Below are positions 57,612 to 64,000 of a DNA stretch of 64,000 bases, in pieces. The stretch is taken from contig CAWJPJ010000008.1 of the NCBI GenBank assembly GCA_963844715.1, forward strand, positions 416,001 through 480,000. Reading direction: 5' to 3'. The position numbers were made by a program, and so were the translations under genes. The notes under the pieces are model-generated. The model ran no database searches and was not told the DNA's origin. It saw only the letters and a program-made list of their open reading frames with translations. The stretch is from an uncultured Phycisphaerales bacterium. Lineage in GTDB: Bacteria; Planctomycetota; Phycisphaerae; Tepidisphaerales; Tepidisphaeraceae. The first letter of the stretch is position 1; each line of letters starts with the position of its first letter.

Positions 57612-58769
57612 ATGAGCGCATGTCGCGTGGGCATCGCGGGATTCGGGCGGATCGGCGCGGAGCACGCCGGCTGGATCGCTCCCGCCGGAACGATCGCCGG
57701 GGTTGCGGATGTGACCGAGCCGCGGCGGGAACTGGCGCGAAAGCGGGGGCTGGCGGTTCACGATTCGTTCGAATCGCTGATTTCCGACCGCAATATCGAC
57801 GCGGTTCTGATTTCCACGCCGACGGCATTTCATCATCAGCAGGCGATGCAGGCGGCTGCGCGGGCAAGCATGTGATGGTGGAAAAGCCGCTGGCGATGAG
57901 CCTGGCGCAAGCGGCGGAGATCGTCGAAGCCGCGCGAAGCGGGGCGGATTCTGAGCGTCTTTCACAATCGGCGCTGGGACGCGGATTTTCTGGCCGTCAA
58001 GGCGGCGATCGCGTCGGGAATCTTCGGGAAGATCATCAATATCGAAAGCCGATTGGGTCAATGGGCCAGTTGCGTGGGGCCGGCGGCGGCGGAGTATCGG
58101 CCGAATTGGCGCAACGAGGCGGCGTTTGGAGGCGGGGGGCTGCTCGATTGGGGAAGCCATTTTTTGGATCAGATATGGCAACTGATGCTGCCGGCGCGGG
58201 CCTCGCGGGTTTTTGCGCAACTTCGCGGGAACGTCTGGACGCATGACAGCGACGATTTCGCGCGGATTGTGATTGATTTTGACAATGGGGCCGTCGCCCT
58301 GGTTGAAATCAACACCACGACGACGAAGCCGCTTCCGCGCTGGCATATCGATGGAACGTACGGCTCGGCGACGGCGCCATACAGCCTCGAATTCGACACA
58401 GAGAAATGGGCGGAGTTGGAATTTACTCCTTCTCCCTTTCCCGCTACTCCATCTTCCCCCTCCCCCGGTACTCCGGGGGAGGGTTGGGGTGGGGGGCAAG
58501 CGGCTGACGTCGCGGGGAACCCCCTCCCTGGCCCTCCCCCGGAGTACCGGGAGAGGGGACAAAAGGGGCAGAAATCCGGTGAGCCGCGGCGTCTTCCGGC
58601 GGGGGAGCCGGGTCTGACGGAATCAGAGATGTGGCGGCAATTTTTTGAGGCGGTCGCCGGACGCGGAAATCCCGCCGTGAGTGCGGAATCGGTTCTGCCC
58701 ACGATGGCTTTGCTCGATGCGGCGATGCAAAGCAGCCGCATGGGACAAGTCATCTCACTTCAGCGATAG
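57612..58769 (+). CDS. Gfo/Idh/MocA oxidoreductase with in-frame palindromic insert; frameshifted near 5' end
   Basis: GIAGFGRIG, KHVMVEKP, HNRRWD, GGGGLLDWGSHFLDQ. Confidence 0.88.
58458..58558. repeat. Inverted pair of GTACTC-loop palindromic repeats (copies 4 and 5)
   Basis: ccctcccccg-gtactc-cgggggaggg at 58458 and its inverse ending at 58558. Confidence 0.88.
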
Positions 58770-59878
58770 AAGAACGGCTTTTCGATGAAAACGAACGTGA
58801 CCGTCGAGACGGCGATCACGCCCAGGCCGGTGAGAAAGGCGGCTCCGTATAGCTCGGGTAGATTGAAGGCGCCGTAGCGCGACGCTCCGAATATCCATTT
58901 GGCAAAAATGTGAATAATCGGATTGTGGAGCAAATAGACACTGTAGCTGATGTGGCCGAGGAATCGGACGGGCCTCCAGCGCATGATGGCCCAGGGACCG
59001 GCGGCTTGAATGGCGGCGATGAAGATCAGAAAAATGAGCAGAATCTGAACGAGGCCGACTTCGTCTCGGTAGAGGCCGCAAAGGACGGCCGTAGCGATTA
59101 TGCCGGCCCACATCCATAGCGTGTGCGCCAGGACGGTCGGCCGGAAACTGAGCACGTGGACGGCAAGGAAACCTGTCGCAAAAAATGCGCATAACCTCCA
59201 ACGTCCGCCGACCCAAAGTGATAAGGCAAAGATGGCAGGGTAAATCAGCCAATCCCGTTTGGTGGAGCGATAGACCAGGGCGAGAAATGGAAGCGACAGA
59301 TAGAAGACCCATTCGAATTCTAGGGTCCATTGGGTGCTAAGAATGGTGAAGGTGTCCTTAAGCCCGTTGAGATCGACCGGGGGGCAGAAGCCGAATGACA
59401 GCCAGATACCGATCTGGCGCGCGAGCTGGGCGGCGGGGACGTGAAGCGTGAACCTGGTCTCGATCGCGACAATCGCAAAAAGCAGCAGATCGGAAGCATA
59501 AAAAAGAGGTGCCAGTCGCAGCACGCGGCCTTTGAAGAATCTGACCCAGTTCATTCGGCCTTGATTCCGCACCACGCGGCCCCAGAAGAGATAGCCTGAG
59601 ATCATGAAGAACATGGCGACGGCGGCACGGCCGACGAGGTTATCGAACCGATGCGGGGGCGGGCGCCACGGATATCCGGCGAAAAAGCCGTGGGAAATGA
59701 CGGTGTGATGCAGAAAGACCGACAGAGCCAGCAGGCCGCGCAGGCCGTCCATCGAGGTAATGCGATCGGGGGGATCTTCGCCCAGAACGGCACGGGCCAC
59801 GGCGGGGAAAATCTTCAGCGCACCGGCAGTGGCGAAGATGAGCGCGAAGATCAGTCCGATCCCCAGGATGACGTTCAT
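58760..59878 (-). CDS. Acyltransferase family 3 (OafA-like)
   Basis: MDGLRG, AVAMFFMISG, WTLEFEWVFY, LGHISYSVYLLH, IEKP. Confidence 0.92.
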   Translation of the reverse strand: MNVILGIGLIFALIFATAGALKIFPAVARAVLGEDPPDRITSMDGLRGLLALSVFLHHTVISHGFFAGYPWRPPPHRFDNLVGRAAVAMFFMISGYLFWGRVVRNQGRMNWVRFFKGRVLRLAPLFYASDLLLFAIVAIETRFTLHVPAAQLARQIGIWLSFGFCPPVDLNGLKDTFTILSTQWTLEFEWVFYLSLPFLALVYRSTKRDWLIYPAIFALSLWVGGRWRLCAFFATGFLAVHVLSFRPTVLAHTLWMWAGIIATAVLCGLYRDEVGLVQILLIFLIFIAAIQAAGPWAIMRWRPVRFLGHISYSVYLLHNPIIHIFAKWIFGASRYGAFNLPELYGAAFLTGLGVIAVSTVTFVFIEKPFFYR

Positions 59879-59886
59879 GCGGCTCG

Positions 59887-61092
59887 TTATCCGAGCTTTT
59901 TGAGGAATTCGCCGATGCGATCGATGCCCTTGTCGATCTGCTCCATGCTGGTGGCGAAGCTGAGGCGAACATGGGTGTCGAACCCGCTGTCATTGCCGGG
60001 AACGACCGCCACGTGATTGTGTTCAAGCAGCGCGGCGGCGAAGGAAATCGCGTCGGTGATTTTTGTCCCGCCAACGGTTTTGCCGAAATATGCGCTGATG
60101 TTGGGGAAGGTATAAAACGCCCCCTGCGGACGCACGCAGGTGATTTTGGGCAGGCTGGTGAGCCGCTGCCACATGTGCTTGCCGCGTTTTTCGAATTGCT
60201 GGCGCATTTGCTCGACGCTCTCGGCGCCGCGCGGATCGGTCAGCGCCGCCACGGCGGCGGGCTGCGTGAAGCTGGTGATATGGCTGGTCATCTGGCTCTG
60301 CAATTTGTTGATGGCGTCGATGGCGGCCTTGGGCCCGCCGATGTAACCGATGCGCCAGCCGGTCATGGCGAACGTTTTGCTGTGGCAGTTGAAGGTCAGC
60401 GTGCGCTCCAAAAGATCGGGGTGGAGCGTCGCGAAGCTCACGAATTTCAGCCCCTCATATACGAGCTTTTCGTAGATTTCATCCGAGAAGACCACGCTGT
60501 TCGGGTGATGCGCGACGACGTCGGCAAGCGCTTTGAGTTCCTGCGGCGTATAGGCGTGCCCGCCGGGGTTGCTGGGGCTGTTGATGAGGAAGATGCGCGT
60601 CTTGGGCGTGATCGCCTCCTCCAATTGTCGCGGCGTGATCTTGAAGCTGTTGGCTTCTTCGCCTCGGATGACCTTGACGATGCCGCCGGCGAGCTTGATC
60701 TGCTCCGGATAGCTAACCCAGTAGGGCGAAGGAAGAATGACCTCGTCGCCGGGGTTGAGCACGGCCATGAACGCCATGTAGAGACAATGTTTCCCGCCTG
60801 CGCCGGTGGTGATCTGATCCGGCTTATAGGGGAGCCCGTTGTCGGCGTTGAATTTCCTGGAGATCGCCTCTTTCAATTCAAGAATGCACGGGGTGGGCGT
60901 GTATTTGGTCATCCCCTTGTCGAGGGCGGCTTTGGCGGCTTCCTTGATGAAAGCGGGGGTGTCGAAATCGGGTTCACCGGCGCCGAAACCGACGACGTCG
61001 ATGCCCGCCTTTTTCATGGCGTTGGCCTTGGCGCTGACGGCCAGGGTGATCGACTCGGAAACCAATTTGACTCGTTCAGCCAGGGGAAACAT
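59887..61092 (-). CDS. Class I/II PLP aminotransferase (aspartate aminotransferase-like)
   Basis: GEPDFDTP, NSPSNP, SDEIYE, SKTFAMTGWRIG. Confidence 0.93.
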   Translation of the reverse strand: MFPLAERVKLVSESITLAVSAKANAMKKAGIDVVGFGAGEPDFDTPAFIKEAAKAALDKGMTKYTPTPCILELKEAISRKFNADNGLPYKPDQITTGAGGKHCLYMAFMAVLNPGDEVILPSPYWVSYPEQIKLAGGIVKVIRGEEANSFKITPRQLEEAITPKTRIFLINSPSNPGGHAYTPQELKALADVVAHHPNSVVFSDEIYEKLVYEGLKFVSFATLHPDLLERTLTFNCHSKTFAMTGWRIGYIGGPKAAIDAINKLQSQMTSHITSFTQPAAVAALTDPRGAESVEQMRQQFEKRGKHMWQRLTSLPKITCVRPQGAFYTFPNISAYFGKTVGGTKITDAISFAAALLEHNHVAVVPGNDSGFDTHVRLSFATSMEQIDKGIDRIGEFLKKLG

Positions 61093-61196
61093 GTCATTCT
61101 CCGCGTTACAGGGGCAGGGAACGGTATCGCGGAGATGGCGCGTTTTCAAGCGGCCGTCTGGACAGGGCCGGCCGGCGATTCGATAGTGCTGGCACC

Positions 61197-62468
61197 ATGA
61201 CGGCTGGCGAATCAGATTGGGTTAAATACGTCAGGCAAGCGGTGGATCAGCTCGGACGCGAGCAATTCGACGAGGCGTTCGATCTTGCCCAGCGCGCGCT
61301 TTGGCGATCAATCCGGAAGCGGGGATGGCTCATCAGGTCGTCGGCCGCGTTTTGATGCGTCGGAATCAGCCCATCGAGGCGTTGCCCGAGCTGGAGCGGG
61401 GCCTTTCGCTTCGGCCGGATCAGGTCGAGATTCACAACGCCATCGGCCAATGCCACATGATGCTGGGAAATCTGGATCGGGCGGAGGAGCATTTCAATCG
61501 GCTGCTGGCGATTCGGCCCGAGCATGCGCTGGCCCATTTCAACCGCGCGTCGGTCTGGCTCAAGCAAGCCCGATACAAGGAGGGGTGGATCGAATACGAA
61601 TGGCGTTTCGCCGCGGGCCTGGTGGCGAGAACCGCGATTCCGCGGCCGCGTTGGGACGGCAGCCCGCTTCGAGGGCGATCGATTTTGGTTCATACGGAGC
61701 AGGGCATGGGGGATGTGCTTCAGTTCATGCGATTTTTGCCGATGGTGAAAGCGCAAGCCGGGCGATTGGTCTTTGCATGTCAAAAAGCGATGCAGGAGTT
61801 GCTTCGGCCAACGGAGTGCGTGGATGAATGGTTTCCGATCGACCAGCCTGCGCCGATCAACTTCCAGGTTTATGTCGCCGCTGCTGAGTTTGCCGGGCTT
61901 GCTGGGAATCGATGATCGAACGATTGCTCAGCCGATTCCATATGTGAAGCCGGATCCCGCGCGCGTCGAGCGATGGCGAAAGCCTATTGAGAGCCTGCCC
62001 GGGCTCAAGGTTGGCTTATGTTGGCAGGGAAGCCCCACGTTTGAAGGGGACGGGATTCGCTCGATCCCCCTTAAGCATTTTGCTCCGTTGGGACGGGTTT
62101 CAACTGTGACGCTCGTGAGTCTGCAAAAGGGGGCCGGGCTCGAGCAAATTGAGGGGTTGAAGGAAACGGTGCCGGTCAGCGTACTGGGCGAGTTGGATGG
62201 CGACGGTGCGTTCGTGGACCGGGCGGCGATGATGAGCCATCTGGATCTGGTCATCACGTCCGACACGTCGATCGCTCATCTGGCCGGGGCGATGGGGAGG
62301 CCGGTCTGGACGCTGCTTTCAACCGGATGCGATTGGCGATGGCTGACGGACCGGCAAGACACGCCGTGGTATCCCTCGATGCGGCTGTTTCGACAGAAAA
62401 CCTTGGGGGACTGGCCGGGGGTTATGACGGAAGTTGCAGCGGAACTAAGCCGGCATGCCAGAGAATAG
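61197..62468 (+). CDS. TPR protein with GT9-like glycosyltransferase domain; frameshifted
   Basis: EGWIEYEWR, EQGMGD.LQF.R, LDLVITSDTSIAHLAGAMG, DWRW..TPWYPSMRLFRQ. Confidence 0.88.
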
Positions 62469-62496
62469 GCCGAATTGTCGAAAGATTTGAATTAGC

Positions 62497-62525
62497 TTGA
62501 CGAACGTAAGTCAGGCGGGAATAAT
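62497..62525 (+). promoter_or_regulatory. Sigma70-like promoter
   Basis: TTGACG, 17 nt, AATAAT. Confidence 0.55.
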
Positions 62526-62531
62526 ACCCTC

Positions 62532-62680
62532 GGTAGTTGAAAGCCTTTCTCCCGGCAAAGGCCCGTCCGTGGTGATTGAACTGCGGAGCACTAAAGGCCT
62601 TGGCCGCAAGTTGTAATAGGCAACAACGTCAAAAGTTCGATTGCGAAAGAATCCGGGCCATCCGGCTCGTGGTTTTTTGT
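62532..62680 (+). ncRNA. Candidate structured small RNA or attenuator
   Basis: Own promoter, several pairable segments, terminal hairpin plus T6; family not recognised. Confidence 0.35.
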
Positions 62681-62736
62681 CGCTATTGGGTTTGGCGTAG
62701 TTATCGGGCCGACCGGAAAAAAACGGTTTGGTTGGA

Positions 62737-62764
62737 TTGACAAGGCGGTAACAGTCGATACGAT
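62737..62764 (+). promoter_or_regulatory. rRNA operon promoter
   Basis: TTGACA, 16 nt, TACGAT upstream of boxA and 16S. Confidence 0.7.
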
Positions 62765-62854
62765 CTGCCTCCCCTTACGGGACGAGAGTCTCGAAAATCG
62801 GGGCGCAGCAGGAGGCGGTCCTTTCCGCCGCTGGTTGCGTATCGAATGTTCAGA

Positions 62855-62867
62855 TGCTCTTTGACAA
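62855..62867 (+). promoter_or_regulatory. rrn antitermination boxA
   Basis: TGCTCTTTGACAA in the 16S leader. Confidence 0.7.
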
Positions 62868-63292
62868 GTGAATAATCGATAAGCCGCGAGGATGTGAGCA
62901 CGAAGCGATCCGTGAAACGATTGGGTTCGTGCAGAATGTTTTTCCCGGGGTTAAACCTGGGAAGACCTATCTCAAACATCCTTGTGGTGCACGCAAAGTG
63001 ATCTTCCTTGATCAATTTTGAGTAAGCCATCGAAGATGTTTGAGCCTTGCATCTCGGTTTTCTCGCTTGCGAGAGAATCGGGACTGACCCGATAGTCTTG
63101 CCGACTGATCGGGCAGTAACAGCCGGTTGGAGTTGTCTTAATTCCAATCGGTCTGGACAAACTCATTTCGAGGATAACCCCGCTTGCGAAACTGTAAGTC
63201 GCGGTCTCTTGCCTGGAGCTAGTCGAAGGGTTCTGCCCTGAGCTGGTCGAAGGACAACGCCGTGCTTGAGGAGCGATCGGGTCCAAGAAATT

Positions 63293-64000
<708 letters not shown>

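Noticed and set aside
1178..62468. Mass pseudogenisation or widespread programmed frameshifting
   Set aside because: Indels hit housekeeping genes (guaA, ribF, ptsI, rne) while motifs on both sides stay intact; sequencing error is the simpler explanation.
62590..62650. tmRNA or c-di-GMP riboswitch
   Set aside because: No tRNA-like ends or proteolysis tag, and the riboswitch consensus spacing is not met.

Overview
GC-rich bacterial chromosome segment, probably Planctomycetota (Phycisphaerae/Tepidisphaerales-like, inferred from the partial 16S gene and gene content). Many genes, including guaA, ribF, ptsI and rne, are split by single-base indels; this looks like uncorrected long-read error, so split ORFs are merged below. 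Left to right: stress/NHEJ block (Ku, LigD), paired lipoproteins around a site-2 protease, SPINDLY-like transferase, DCC-LMF fusion, tartrate dehydratase plus DctA, a hopanoid cluster (hpnCDE, hpnN, hpnO, shc, hpnH, hpnG), a PEP-CTERM gene between 119-bp direct repeats, a toxin-antitoxin pair, IS630, two inverted IS5 copies, pilC/pilin, ribF, an hpf-ptsN-ptsH-ptsI-rne operon, a His-rich metal-binding fusion, guaA, and an rRNA promoter with the 5' part of 16S. Main candidates for novelty: (1) a four-helix-bundle gene bracketed by inverted (AGTTGCC)n arrays inside the PTS operon, with a gene-less copy of the same arrays elsewhere; (2) a covarying GTACTC-loop palindromic repeat family, one pair translated in frame inside an enzyme; (3) an unannotated 39-aa His/Asp-rich lipoprotein; (4) an origin-type strand-skew switch near 30-35 kb; (5) a candidate structured RNA upstream of the rRNA promoter. 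No database searches were run; family names come from motif recognition.
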